Shown here: positions 24,551 to 37,310 of the stretch, piece by piece
Layout: every line of letters begins with the position of its first letter
How positions within the stretch are numbered: position 1 is the stretch's first letter
Translations under genes and position numbers: made by a program
Notes under the pieces: model-generated
What the model was told of the DNA's origin: nothing
Databases searched by the model: none
What the model saw: the letters and a program-made list of their open reading frames with translations, nothing else
Assembly (NCBI GenBank): GCA_030704615.1
Contig: CM060733.1
Coordinates: 56,234,001-56,298,000 of the forward strand
Source of the DNA: Takakia lepidozioides
Taxonomy: Eukaryota; Plantae; Bryophyta
DNA length: 64,000 nt
Direction of reading: 5' to 3'

Positions 24551-24760
24551 TTAGCTGCTGTTCGAAGAACGCATAAAAAATGTAGGAGCAGTTCCCGTCT
24601 CATCTTCATCTGAGTTGGCATTTTTCAGAGCCTTTTCAATGTCTTTGGAGTTTTTCTCCCACTGAGCCAGCTCAATAGCATCATGTTCAAGTATCTCATG
24701 AAGTGCACTCTGATATTCCTTTACTAGCAAACTTTCCTTTTCTGTTTGCTATCAGAAGTC
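24551..24760 (-). pseudogene. Orphan terminal exon of an unidentified host gene with two nonsense codons
   Basis: gtgtgcag| acceptor, then DF**QTEKESLLVKEYQSALHEILEHDAIELAQWEKNSKDIEKALKNANSDEDETGTAPTFFMRSSNSS*. The TGA TAG pair is compatible with decay from CGA CAG. Confidence 0.4.
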
Positions 24761-25819
24761 CTGCACACATGAGCAAAAAACGGGGCTGATCCGCTGGAAA
24801 AGTGGGCGGATCCGCCCCTGACACCGCTTCCCCGCGCTGATAGCGATATTCGCCCCGCGCAATCGCTCAACTTGCGAGCTTATCCGCCGGATAAAAGTAG
24901 ATGAAAAAAAAACCTTTTAGATGAAAAACAAAAGTTAGTTTTCATGTTAAAACAAAGCGGCTAGTCACGTAATGGCTCCACCCTAAAACTCTAAGTAGAA
25001 AATTTCCTTAAAATGTTATGTTGAAATAACATAATTACATATTCAAAACTATATTTTAAACATATTCTAAATAAGACGAAAATTTATTTACTTATTTATT
25101 TATAAATGAAGCTGGGGACAGAGGCCTGGCGAAACTATTTTGATATGAGTTAAATATTGATGTATAATATTACGAAACTGATATTTGGATTTACTAATTA
25201 TTATTCAAATGCATTTGAATCTGCTGAAATGCCTCTTGGATTAAAGTCCATAGAGCCTTTTCCAATCGCACATAGCATCCGATCCAGACAGAAAGTGCAC
25301 ACAAAACATATGCAGCCAAATATTATAATTCATAACGGGACCAAATGCCTAAGGTACTGTCCCTTATCAACCGTTTAGGCATTTTTGCGCCTAATAATTA
25401 TTAAAAACCAAACAGACTGCTTTAGGCACGTTTCTCAAACCATTTCTCACATTAGGCATCTTCATGCTATATTTTTTTTGAGTTAGGCACATGAGAAGAG
25501 AAAATATTTCTTTTTTTAAGAATAAAAATACAAAATAGAAACCCAATGCCTCATGAGTCCACACTCCATTAGGTTTTCATAGGATTTGTAGGAAGTTATT
25601 TCCGCACGCACATATTTTTATTGATTTTTGTTCAATGAAATTTTCATCTTATTACAAAACCACATGAGAAGAGGCTTGAAAGTTTTTTGCTGCAATTTTC
25701 AGGCATTAGGCACTTTGGTCCCATAGTTTCCGAACAATTATGCCAAAATCTGAAAAATTCGATAAATCAAAGAAATTACAATGCTTTATCCATCACTCAG
25801 AATGGAAAATTCAAGACAC

Positions 25820-26425
25820 TGAAAACCTGGTTACTCCCATGCACCTGCCGTCGCCCCCCCTACACCTGCTCTGCCAGACTATGCCCCGATATTCTGCTCG
25901 TACATGGTCTACCCATTAATACCCCTCCACCCGCCTCCCCCTCCCCAAATATTACTATATACTTTATTGAATTCACATATTGCCATGACCGCTATCTTAC
26001 CTCCTCCATACTAGAAAAGCGACAAAAATATACACCACTTATCCTTGCTATCCGTCGTAAGGGCTGGAAAACCGGCCCACTCACTGTTACTTTGGCTGGT
26101 ACTCGCGGCGGCATCCATAATGCTAGCATTGTTGCACTGCACGATAACTTTCATATCCCGATATCTCCTATCCACAAGTGCTTTAAGGCAATACACCTCA
26201 TGGCTTTACGCTCTCTCACAGCTATCGTTACGAACAAACGACAACTTGAATCCAACCTCCCATCGGCTCCCTAGACTCCCTTGGTCACCTTAGATAGATA
26301 CCCATGGATCCCCAGGGTATCCCTTAGGGTACCATGTGCTCCCCGGGTACCTCTATCCCCCGGCTACTGGTGTCCCCTGGACACCCTTGTTGTTTATAGG
26401 GCCCACCCCTCAAAAGGGGGCAATA
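25820..26425 (+). mobile_element. 5'-truncated LINE 3' end with restriction-like endonuclease (RLE), Dualen/RandI-like
   Basis: CTC...C..RLCPDILLV...IYFIEFTYCHD....KRQKY..L is a PD-(D/E)xK-type RLE motif. Stop at 26274, then a GC-rich 3' UTR. Confidence 0.7.
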
Positions 26426-26807
26426 GCCGTGAGGTGAAGTGGCTCTTAGTTACGCCGGCTTTGGCCGATGTCTTCTCTCTCTCTTTCTCTACGGGTTGTA
26501 TGCATGTAACACCATGGGGATGACCCACCCCTTTTGTGCAAATTGAACTTAGTTCTTAGAATTCGTCCTAGTAGTGCGGATCTAAAAGACTCTGCATCAT
26601 GTCGTGTGGATCTTATTGATGACTCGCTCATTGTAGGGCATGGTAGGGCAGGTGATTTTGAGGACCATGGATAACATAAAGAATGAGTTCAAGCTGAATT
26701 ATGTCTTCTAATAAGAATCCATGGAGTCTCCAACCTTTGATCTCTTAAATATCTCTGGCCTTTTGTCCTCCATCTCTACCGGGTGTTTCACTCGTCCGTT
26801 GTTGTTC

Positions 26808-29800
26808 AGTTTAGAATAGCGGGATCCCTCCATCGACCGCTGACCCTCCGCCAAGCTTAGCGACACATCTCACAAGTGGGCAGTTCTTGAGCCCAACCCA
26901 TCTCGTCGCCAGACTCCAGGCCCCGGATTGACGTCGTCTTTCCCCCCTTCGCAATTGCGCGCACGGCGAGGCTCGTCAAGGAGTTAGATTTACCACCCTG
27001 AATTGTCCATCTCAGCGAAGCAGGCCACAACGGGCTGGAATTGGGGGTTGCAGCAACAAGGTGATGCTTGACAAGGTGACTCCATGGGCTGGTCAAATGA
27101 GTGAAAGTCCTAGGCACCCACTTGGCAAGAAGCGAAGTGATCTGCACCAGCAGATCCAACACACCTAGATCTCCATGTTTTTTTTTTGGGCACAATTGCG
27201 ACCGGCTTATCAAAGCTCTTTTGTTCATTGATGCCGAGGTCGCTCCCCATATAAAGTTTCTAGCCAAGGCTTTGAATTGAGTGATAATTGATGAGCCCGG
27301 CGACCAAAGTGAAGCAACGAAACAAGTGGAAGCAGCCCCTCTTTCATGGTCAAAATTTCTCCTGCAAGGGCCCATTCTCCCAGAGTTTGATCATGCCTCG
27401 GTGGCGGTGGCGAATTGGGAGAAGTCAGTTGGACTTCTCAGCCGCGCTCCATCCTGCTGCAACTTCCCATCATTGTGACCCTTGGGGCTCGGATTTGGGC
27501 CTTAGATGGCTGATGGAAGGGCAAGCTCATGAAACAACTGGGGAATTAGATAGGACATGAGGACACAAAAAGCTTGCCTTCGTGTAATTAGCCACGAAGG
27601 AAACGAGAGAAGGACAAATATACAAGTTCAGATTTCTAGCACAGGGTCCAACTCCTATGCTCGCAGGGCAAAATTCATTTGTGTGACCTACAAAATCTAC
27701 TCCTATCTAATTGCCTTCCAAGACTTCTTTATTAGCGTTAACATGGCTTCACCCCGGAGCTATCGGTCTCCTCGGAAGGTCCTCTCGGTTTGGAGTGACT
27801 GCTTTCGGAAGAGTCTGCAAAGCGTTAATGGCAAGCTGCTTAGGTCTAGGTTGCTTCACCAACACGCTCCACCGGATCGCACGTGTGTGCAAAGGGGATG
27901 CCTACGTTCCCACTATCCGGAGGGGAGAGCACACCCTAGCCTAGAAGAAAAGCTCTTTGCCAGACAATATCCCAATTTTCCGCTAATTTCTAGGGCTCCG
28001 CGCTCATTTCTAGAAATAAAGTTCAACAAAGGAAATGGGAAACATATTATCCTAGGCAAGCTTTTATAATTAGAAATAAAAATCCTAAGATTGATTATCT
28101 CTATTCTTATTTTTGGTAATTTTTAAAGCAAAAAACCCCTTTTAAAACCAATTACTAAGGCTGGAAATTCACTAATTCTAGAAAAATAGGCATTAGGTAG
28201 GACTCTCTCTAAGCTTTCCAATGACCCATGGCCTGGCCTCTAGATAATTCTCTAAGCCCTTGCTTAGAAAACCCCTATTAAAACCAATTACTCAGGCTGG
28301 AAATTCACTAATTCTAGAAAAATAGGCATTAGGTAGGAATCTCTCTAAGCTTTCCAATGACCCATGGCTTGGCCTCTAAATAATTCTCTAACCCCTTTTC
28401 CTTGCCCAAAAACACTTATTATGGCGAGAGAACCATAGGAAATTGGCCCTATAGGTCCAAACAACCCCTAGGCCCTTAATACATACCCCCTAGCCTCTAG
28501 GTCCTAGGTTCAAACTGTGTGAGCCGAGCGGCCGATTCCGACCTGACCACCTATGACATACCAAAACGAAGGCCTCGGGGCCCTCATTCCTCCATTCTAA
28601 TTTCCAACCCAGCCGCTAAGAGGACAACATATCAAAACTCCCTCAATAGACCAAGGCAAAAACAATTCAAAAGGTATTTTTCCCTTTAAGAACCCCCTTT
28701 AAATTCATTACCTGCTGGTCCGTCCTAGTTCTTTTACCCGCTGGTTGAAAACCCGTGAAGAGCCACGTGGCGAGGCGTCATACGCTGAGGCGACGGACCG
28801 CTGGTCGCGGCCGCGCGGATAAAATGACGGATCGTTGACTACCCCCCCCCCCCCCCGCGTGGCTGCTGTCAAGCAGCTTGGGGCTGGGGGTAGTCAACGC
28901 CCCGGGGTTCGCGGGGCCTGCAGCCCGCTCCCCATCATGTACCATCCTTTGGCTATAGCCATGGTGCCCCTTTGATGGCGCCTCGTTTTTGGGAGCCCAT
29001 CAGGGCTCATGGCCACCTAAAACAAACAAGAATAAAAACCAAATGCTAACCAGCTTCCCTTCCCCCAAGGTTAGCTATGGTCCTCCATAGCTTAACCAAG
29101 CTAGGGAGGCCATTTAAGATCAGATTTTTGAGTAAATTAGTTATGCATATAAAATTCCAGCGACAAAATATGCTTGAAGAAATCACAAAAACTTTGCTAG
29201 ATCTTCTACCTTGCTTCTCCTCTATGGGGGTAGAGATGCTTAACAAAGACACACATGCATGGCAAGTAGGTAGGCCTAGCTACACTAGACGTCCCTCATC
29301 TTGCTTCACACCACAACAAAACAAAGAAAAATGACAATGCACAATGGAAAACACAAAACATCTAATCAACCTCTTGGTTAGCTTCCCTTGCTTCGTTAGT
29401 TAGTTTCCCACATGCAAAAGGGCCCAGTGGCCAACAAAAAGAGAACCCACACCCATCCTAGAGCTAGACCACTGCATGGCTAGTACCTTAGGGTTAGATC
29501 TCTCTCTTCTTTGTACATTAAAACAAAAGCAAGACTCTAAAACAAATGACAACTCCATGGACCACTTGGACACTATGGAGGGTTAGAAATCCTCTCTTCC
29601 TCAAGCTCCTACCACTCATTTGTTAGTAGGACCAAGCTAGAATAAGTGCACAAGACTTCAACAAGCAAATGACAAACAAAACACCAAACACAAAGCAAAA
29701 ATGGTAAATGGGCTAAGATTCTTCTCTCCTTCTCAAGATGCTTCCACTTGACTAAATGGGCTACCAAAACTTAGGGGGAAGGGGTAGTGCTCACCTCTCC

Positions 29801-30258
29801 TATGGGGTTTGTTGCTCCTACCTCCTCTTCACACTCCAAAGGACTCAACACACTCTCAAATGAAACACACTTGCTTTTTGGGGAAGTTTCTCAAATTTTT
29901 CACTTCAAAATGGCCTTTGGCCTTACAGACTAGGCATTTAGGATCTTTCTAGTCTTCCTAGCACTTCTAGATGCTTCCTCCAAGCTTGCCTAAAATAACT
30001 AGGCTAAGCTTTAAGCCAACAAGCAATCTAGGACTTCACAAACAAGATGCATAGGCTAAGCAAACTCTCAAGCTAGCTCTCTAAGCACTTACTAACAAAG
30101 AACGACAAACAAAAAAACACAAGTGAAGTGGTGAGCAAGCTCCTAACCTAACAGGCAATCATCCATTTTTTTGTTGGTAGGTGGCACATTTCATCCAACC
30201 AGCTGGTTGGGGGCAGTGCTAGATATTTGTGGTCCAAAAATCCCCTTCAAATGAATTC
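26808..30258. mobile_element. Unclassified long LTR-like repeat (family C), copy 1; terminal 171 bp (26808-26978) inverted relative to the body (27638 onward)
   Basis: 27638-29212 is colinear with 59758-62243, and 26808-26978 is the reverse complement of 59575-59750. There is an internal duplication of about 135 bp at 28134-28395. Confidence 0.75.
26979..27480 (-). mobile_element. L1-type LINE fragment (post-RT region)
   Basis: WSP....FKALARNFIWG....RALISRSQLCPKKKHGDLGVLDL..QITSLLAKWV matches the plant L1 RxFLW...W..LC.PK..GGLG motif. Confidence 0.75.
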
Positions 30259-33200
30259 CACATGAAGGAGAAACATTGTACTATCTGTAAAATGGATAAC
30301 CATTCTACAGAGAATTGTTATTACAACAGAAGGACAGCTGCAAGAGAACCTAGGCAAGTAAGGATGCATCAAGTGCAGCCCCAGCCAAGAAGAAACAATG
30401 ATCATGACCACTATGGAAGGCCTGGTGGTTATAACAATGGTATGGCAGGGAGAGGTAATCCAAGAGGGAATTACCAAGGCAATTCCAGAGGCAACTATCA
30501 GGGTAATCCAAGGGGGAATTACCTGCCAGGGAATCAGGATTATAGAAACAATTCTAGAGCAGACCAAGGGCAAGGACCCAATGGTGAAGAACTGTGTTAC
30601 TATTGTAATCAGGCAGGACATCGTAAAGCAGCCTGTCCATTATGGATCAGACACCAGAATGAGATGAGAGCTCCTGTGAATGAGGGCCCCGTGGTGGCAG
30701 CTCACATGGTTAGGCCATGTTTTGTACCAAAAGGAAGTACAATGATAGTAACCAGAAGCAAAGCTAAACTAATACCTCCAGTGGATGATGAAGAAGATGG
30801 TAATGAGGATGGCAGTGATGTGCCTGAAGATGATGAGGCTTGGAGAAATGTGAAGGAACTACACAGGGAAGTGGCTGACACCATAAGGGAAATGCAGAAG
30901 AATACTGATATCCCTATGGCAGATACTTCTGACTCTGATAGAGAAGATGGAGAGGGTGAAGATGAAGTGAAGAAAGAGGCTGCATAAGTGCGGGGTAATG
31001 AAGGGACTTTGGCTGAAGTAATATACCAGACCAAAGCTGAAATTACCATTGGACAGCTATTGGTTGTGGCACCTCATTGTAGGCACAGGCTGTATCAAGC
31101 GATTAATCAGATTGCTCATGTGACAAAGAACACAGACTTGAACAAGGTGACAAGGTGACAAGCTATAATGTGAAGCCAAAAGGGCGAGAAACAGTCATGG
31201 ACTTTGATGATTCTATGCCAGTAATCCAATTGAGAATTGGAAGCACAGACTTGACTGATGTACTGATAGATGGAGGCTCGGGGGTGAATATCATGACAGA
31301 CCAATTAAGGCAGAAGCTTGGTCTGAGTAGTATGAAACCAGCCCCATTCACAGTAACAATGGCGGATCAAAGGAGTGTACAACCTTTAGGCTTGATAAGG
31401 GGAGTTAAGATACAGATTCAGAAGATGATCTTTAAGATCATAATGACTGTGTTGAAAATGGAAGATGTTATGGAAGCTTACTCCTTATTACTGGGTCGAC
31501 CATGGATGAAACAGGCCAGGGTATTCCATGACTGGAATTCCCAGTTACTGACTGTACATGATGGGAAGCACAAGATACAGGTCACCACTAAGAAATCTAG
31601 TAGGCTGCCTGCTACCAAAAGATCTCGTGGAGTCAGAGAGTATGACTGGAGGGGAGGACTTGATGAGGAGCAGGAAGCTACCCTATTTGCTGCACACCCA
31701 GAGTGGGAGCAGGTTGCAGAAATGCAACTGGGAGGTCTGAGTTGTTTTAAAGGTATCTGATGTGGTGCAGTAACAGCCACACCAATTGAGGGTGAAACAA
31801 GTAGTTACCCACCAAAGACCCAAGGTGGCAACAGCCAATCAGGAGCGAGAATTTCATGCAGGTGGTTCCCTCCAAGAAACAAGAACAAGAAATTAGAAGA
31901 GTTATGAGCGGAAGAGTCGGGGTGGCTCCGAATAACCAGCGTCTCGACAAGAGGGGCAATCAAAGCTATAGCTTTGTAGTTATGGCGGATATTACAGACT
32001 ATACATTAGCTTTACTTCTCACGCAGTGGCGTAAGGACGGATGGGTTGAAAGAACATTATCTCTCACCCACTATCTGCAAGCCCCACAGGCTTACACGCA
32101 CTTACCCGTTCCTTTCTGCGCCAACCATACCTTTATGCTCTACGCCCTACAAGCTTTCCTACAACTGTTTCAAACAAGGCCTTCTTGTTTGTCTGGGAGA
32201 AGAGAGTTAGGGGAATGGAGGATGTCAGGGTGAAGAGCACCACGATTCTGTAGAAACAAACAATTGCTACACCACAGGCAGTGCAGCTGCTAAAGGAGTT
32301 GCGATTGGAAGGGCTGCTATGCAAGGACTGGTCTTTGCATCATCGGAAGTATATGATTCAATTCATTCAGAACTTTGAGCCTAGGACAGGAGTTACACAG
32401 GTGAGGGGAGTAGATATCGAGATTACTCCCCAGTACTTGCAGCAACTGTTTTGAATTGCCATCTAGGCATGTGAATGTGGATGAACACAGGGCAAGATTG
32501 CAAATGGTCAATTTGTTCCAAGAAACAAGTTTATTTAAAACTCAAGGATACACCTGCACCAAGGCTGAGTACCCAGGGCTAAGAGAAGTTGGCCAAATAC
32601 TGAATGTTCTGTTTGCCATGAAACAGAACCAACAGTACTTGAGCAGATCATTCACGGAGGAGATACTGAAAGCCTTGAGGGGAGAGGATGTAGCTTGGGC
32701 AGAGTTGATGTACAATGGTTTGGTGGAAGAGATGAAGCGGTTACAGGGCACTGTAGCTAGTCTCCGATCATAGTGTCTGACCCAATAATTGCGCAAATTA
32801 TCCTTGATTCTTGCATACTTGATGCGCGAGAACGTAAGGAGATGGGAGTGTTTGAGACAGCAACCACTGCAATTGAGGAGCAGGGCTCTTCACATTGTGA
32901 AGGTGGATTGGAGGGGCAGCACCAGTCCAAGAGGCAGAAGCGGGATACAACTGCAGCAGATCCACTAGCTTCAAAGAAACCACAAGATGATGTTTCCATA
33001 GTTCTTGTACAGGATGGGGAATAGCAGCACACAGGGCTGGTGTTACTGGAAGCACGGCCTGTGGAGAGGGAGGAAGAAGTTACCTCAGTACCACAGCCAC
33101 CACAGCCAGTTGACTCAATTGTTCCGGGGGTCACTCAGATAGTACATGTTGTTACACCAGAGCCTATTGCTCTGGAAGGAGAAGGGCTGGACATTCCCAC

Positions 33201-35805
33201 TACAGAGCAGGTAGTGGTAGAAATTGAGAAGGGGGACCTTCTCTATGAAAACTCTGGCTTGGTCAGGGAACCAGTGGTGCCAAAGATGCAGAGTTTGACC
33301 GAGGAAATCCCTGCTGTGCATGTGATGCCCGAACCTGTGGAGGAGGTTCCAGAGGTAGAAGGTAGGGGCACTGCAGCACCTGTGGAGAATGAGGTCATTC
33401 AAGACGAAGATCTTGTGGGAACATGGCCTGAATGGTTGGTGAAACATCACACTGTGGAGAATCAGGGTGACCACCAACAGGGTTCCCATGAAGACCCACA
33501 GCAGGCCATGCTTATGAGTTCCATAAGTAGAACACTCAATTTGTTGGGCACATATGTGAAATCTCATGTTCCATCTACACAATTGGCAGCTTTGAGAGAG
33601 GAACTCAAGCAGGAGTTTGAGGCTAGAATTGCCATTGAGTGTACAAACAAGGTGGATGTGGAGGCCAACCTCAAGTTGCAGAAAGAATTGGAGGACACCA
33701 AGGCTGCCCTGCAGCTAGCAAACGGGAATCTGATTGAAGCGGGTTTGGAGCAGGGGAAGTTGCATGAAGCGCATAAGCAGCAGCTATACCAATTGCAGGT
33801 GAAGCATGAGGACAAATTGCAGGAAGTGAAGGTGCTTCATACAAAGTTGGAGACAGTTCATCAGAGAATGACCATACAATGTGCCACACTAACAACTAGT
33901 GCTCTAGAGCAAATTGTATTAGAAGTTAACAGACAAGCAGAGAGATGTATGATGGCAGAGGCTGAGACAGTAGAGCAGGGGAAACTTATTGCTGATCTGA
34001 AGGCTACTCTCCTTCGCAATAATGATACTTTCCAACAGTACAATCAAGTTGAGGCTGAGAAGGAAAGGTTCATCCTGCAGTTGCAGCAATCACTCATGGG
34101 CCACAAGAATGAACTCTCTGTGGCTAACAAGGCTTGGAAGGAAGCCAATAATCTTGCTGTTGCCTATGCGGGCCTGGTTGAACCTCATGCAAAGCGCATG
34201 AAGGCCTTACAGCAGCAGTTAGATGTGTTCAGACTTAAGGAGGAGCGGGCTCTCAGGGGTGCTACACAGGACTTGGTGGACAATCATCTTATGCAAGTAT
34301 GGTTAACACAAGGGCCGGTGGAAGGGAAGGCACCACGAAAGCTCACCCAGGGGGAGATGAACGATCTTAGGTTGTAGGTGCAGAACATTGCCACAACTAC
34401 TATAGACAATGTCTATAGTAGGATAGCAGAGTTACAGGATGATGTGGAAGGGCTGCAGACTCAAGTAGATGACTTGAGTTCCAACATTGACAAACGAGTC
34501 TTTGTTCTTGAGGAGCAGCTGGTGGCTACTTATTTGCATGCCAGGACCCTGGTTTTTCAATCTTCATCACAAGATGTACAAGAAATGCCAGTAATAGGAG
34601 GGACAGTGGCGGCAATATCACAGCCCCCACAGCCGGTGGCTGTGTAAGTGGCTGACACTGTTGATACCGTGGCAATGCCACGGGCTGAGGTTTGGGGGGA
34701 TGCTGCTTTTCATCCACCTAGGACTCATGCTGCACTGGAGTACAATCGGGCTATGATTATGCCCTTCAACCAAATTCCCATTGTGATGGATTTGGCTTGG
34801 AAGGAATTCAGTCCTCCACAGTCTTTGGCACATTATTACCAGATCATGCGCATTTGGTTGCCAGTGGCAACTAGGACTAAGGTTCTTCCGAACAATCGAC
34901 CCATTGAGGATCATCATTTTGCAAGGTACTGGTCTGAGGCAGGCACCATGCTGAGGGAATTAATTGCCTTCCAGGTTGTTCATGGGTACATCTACACCAA
35001 AACCAAGGAGGTATCTAGTATTGTCATGGGCTGTGGATTGTACTATGTTGCTTGTTTCATTGCACGATATCACATTGAGCAGCAGAAGATGCAATCAAGA
35101 TTTCTGAGTTATTCTAGTGGAGATCATTGGGTCTTACCTTTAGGTCCCTCATATGTATCTATATGATGCAAAAATCATGATGCAGAAGGATTCCCAGCTT
35201 CATTCATGGTTTAATTTGGCTTGGAACAGCTTGGCCAAAGAAAAATTGGGCCCTAATGATATTTTTTATAAGGGACATGAAGCCTGGAAATACTTACACT
35301 GTTCCAAGGTCATTGGCACACCTCTCACCTATACGGCCAAGGAGTTCAAGGAGTTCACTCATTTTGCTTGCAAGCGATTAAAGCAAGTAGTCCAGTTCAA
35401 GCTTCCAGACATGGTGGGCCAACACTGCATGCCATGCAGGATTCCTGAGGAACAACTTAAGGTTCGGCCGTCGAAACACCTCAGGGGGGAAGATGATTCT
35501 GATACTACTGGTTCTACAGAGGAACCTTTTGACATGGCGGAGGACTACGCACTACAGATGGCAGAGAAGAAATGGCGGGGACCTCCTATGCCTGAGAGGT
35601 TACCTCATTATCAACCACAGGAGGGTCAGGCATTTCCGTTTGGTACTCAATTGTCTCCATCAGCCAGTGACAGGGCTCGGGCTCGGGCTCGCACACAGAG
35701 CCCTCCAAAGGATTCTCACCGTCAGAAGGGTGCTCGCTCACAACGGTTTGCTGATCCTAAACAGTAAACCGTGAGGACACGGCTTTTTGAGAGGGGGAGG
35801 GGTAA

Positions 35806-36812
35806 TGTTAGAGGGCTGTCTGGGACTTAGACACTTTTATGGGCTTTGTGGGGTACCTTTAATTTTTGCGCAGACTTACAGATAATAGACTTAGACCAAC
35901 AGAGGCCTTGGGGGTGACAACACATGCTTTAGGGGTGGTAGAGAGTTGTACACAGCTTATCATAGTCTATCACGGCCATACACAGCCTTACACAGTCTGT
36001 CACAGTCAATCACAGCCTATCACAGTTAGTCACAGTCTATCACAGCTTGACACAGCTTCGCACAGCCAATCACAGCACGACACAGCCCGACACAACTTTA
36101 CACAGCCAGTCACAGCTCGGCACAGTCACAGCCCGACACAGCTTGGCACAGGCCGTCACAGCACACATAGGGAACGGTTATCATTGGCAAGGAACGACTG
36201 TGTGGGAACAACATCTGCAGAGGGAACGTGTTACTTCTTGGGGTGACAGTTAGTTAGTTAGGCGGTTAGAACAGCTTGCATGTAGATGAGGCAGAGCAGC
36301 AACGGGGGGGGGGGATCACTTCTCGGGGGGCACTTCTTGGTCAGGAGTGGAGGAGATGAAGTGGAGAGCAGGAACAGAACCAAGGATGGAGAACATGGCG
36401 AAGATGGGAAGATGATTGGATCGATGCTTGATTCATGCAAGCTGTAGAATCGTACTATAGAACATATTAGAGACGCTATGGCTACGGCCTAATACTGAAC
36501 AGAGATTAATATGATAGACATTCCTTACCCACACCGTGTAGAGAGAATTGAGTGAAGCTGTGGAATGAATGGTTGAGCAATCAGAACCTGGTAGATTGCT
36601 GAAGCAATCTGTTTCTCAAATATAAACAGTAAGGTAATATGCTGATATGAAGGCAAGAAGGAATACAAACAAGAAGCACTACCATGATACACTAGATGTA
36701 GGTCATGACTGATTGTTCTGAGTGGGCTGAGTGCTTAGAGATATCCAACTCTTCTATCTTGGAGTTCCCTCCTCAGATAGCGAAGGGATGGGTGAGTAAA
36801 AGCCGCTCGACA
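35806..36812 (+). repeat. 3' LTR of B' (TG...CA, 1007 bp)
   Basis: Runs tgttagagg...aagccgctcgaca; both ends are homologous to the element B LTR. Confidence 0.9.
35951..36130 (+). repeat. 10-bp-phased CACAG array in the B' LTR (18 units)
   Basis: cacagcttat catagtctat cacggccata cacagcctta cacagtctgt cacagtcaat ... cacagtcaca: near-constant 5-mer followed by a variable 5-nt spacer. Confidence 0.95.
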
Positions 36813-37310
36813 ATAGCGAGTCAGGCTATGGCTGTAATGAGGTTGCGATCAAGGTGGTGGTGATGAGAGGAAGGGCAAGAAAGGTGGTTATGGATGAGAA
36901 AAAATGATGTGAGAATCTGTAAAGATAAAGTGCGGTGAGGAAAATGAAGATAGTTGGGAGAGAGCTGAAGATAGATGGCCATAAGCTCTGCACGGAGTAT
37001 GGTGGCAGGCCCGGGGAGTCTAAAGGTCATGCCTTGGTTTGTGGCAACGTGATAAACGCCGTAACTGGCGTTGCATCCGGTGTGAGAGCCATCAGTATAG
37101 TGTGAGTGGGTTGGGGGGTATTTGAGGGGCATGAGTTGGTGATATGGTGGAAGGGTGTTGGGTGTGGATAGAGGGGTATGAGGGGGACGCGGGGACGCTT
37201 TGATCCATGCTTTGCTCAGGTCGTTTGGGAGCTGGTCTTGTTGTAAGGGCGGTTGGACTGTGGGGTAGTGAGCTGGAAGAAATAGGGTGTAGGCCAACGG
37301 TGACCGTTAA
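36813..37310 (-). mobile_element. LINE fragment with RNase H (downstream part of the LINE at 57721-59574)
   Basis: HYTDGS...YGVY....FRLPG..TILRAELMAI is an RNase H motif. It is contiguous with 57721 once the LTR element and one GTTAA copy are removed. Confidence 0.75.

Larger units (their letters stand above)
30259..36812 (+). mobile_element. Diverged, 5'-truncated, pol-deleted relative (B') of gypsy element B: partial gag, protease, decayed extra ORF, PPT and 3' LTR
   Basis: 30259-31810 matches B gag and protease (CYYCNQAGHRKAAC; VLIDGGSGVN). It then jumps directly to a homolog of the extra ORF (31850-35767) with stops and frameshifts. PPT gagagggggagggg. Confidence 0.9.

Noticed and set aside
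24781-25800. Possible MITE (GC-rich start, AT-rich body with taggca repeats)
   Set aside because: No matching terminal inverted repeat or TSD found.
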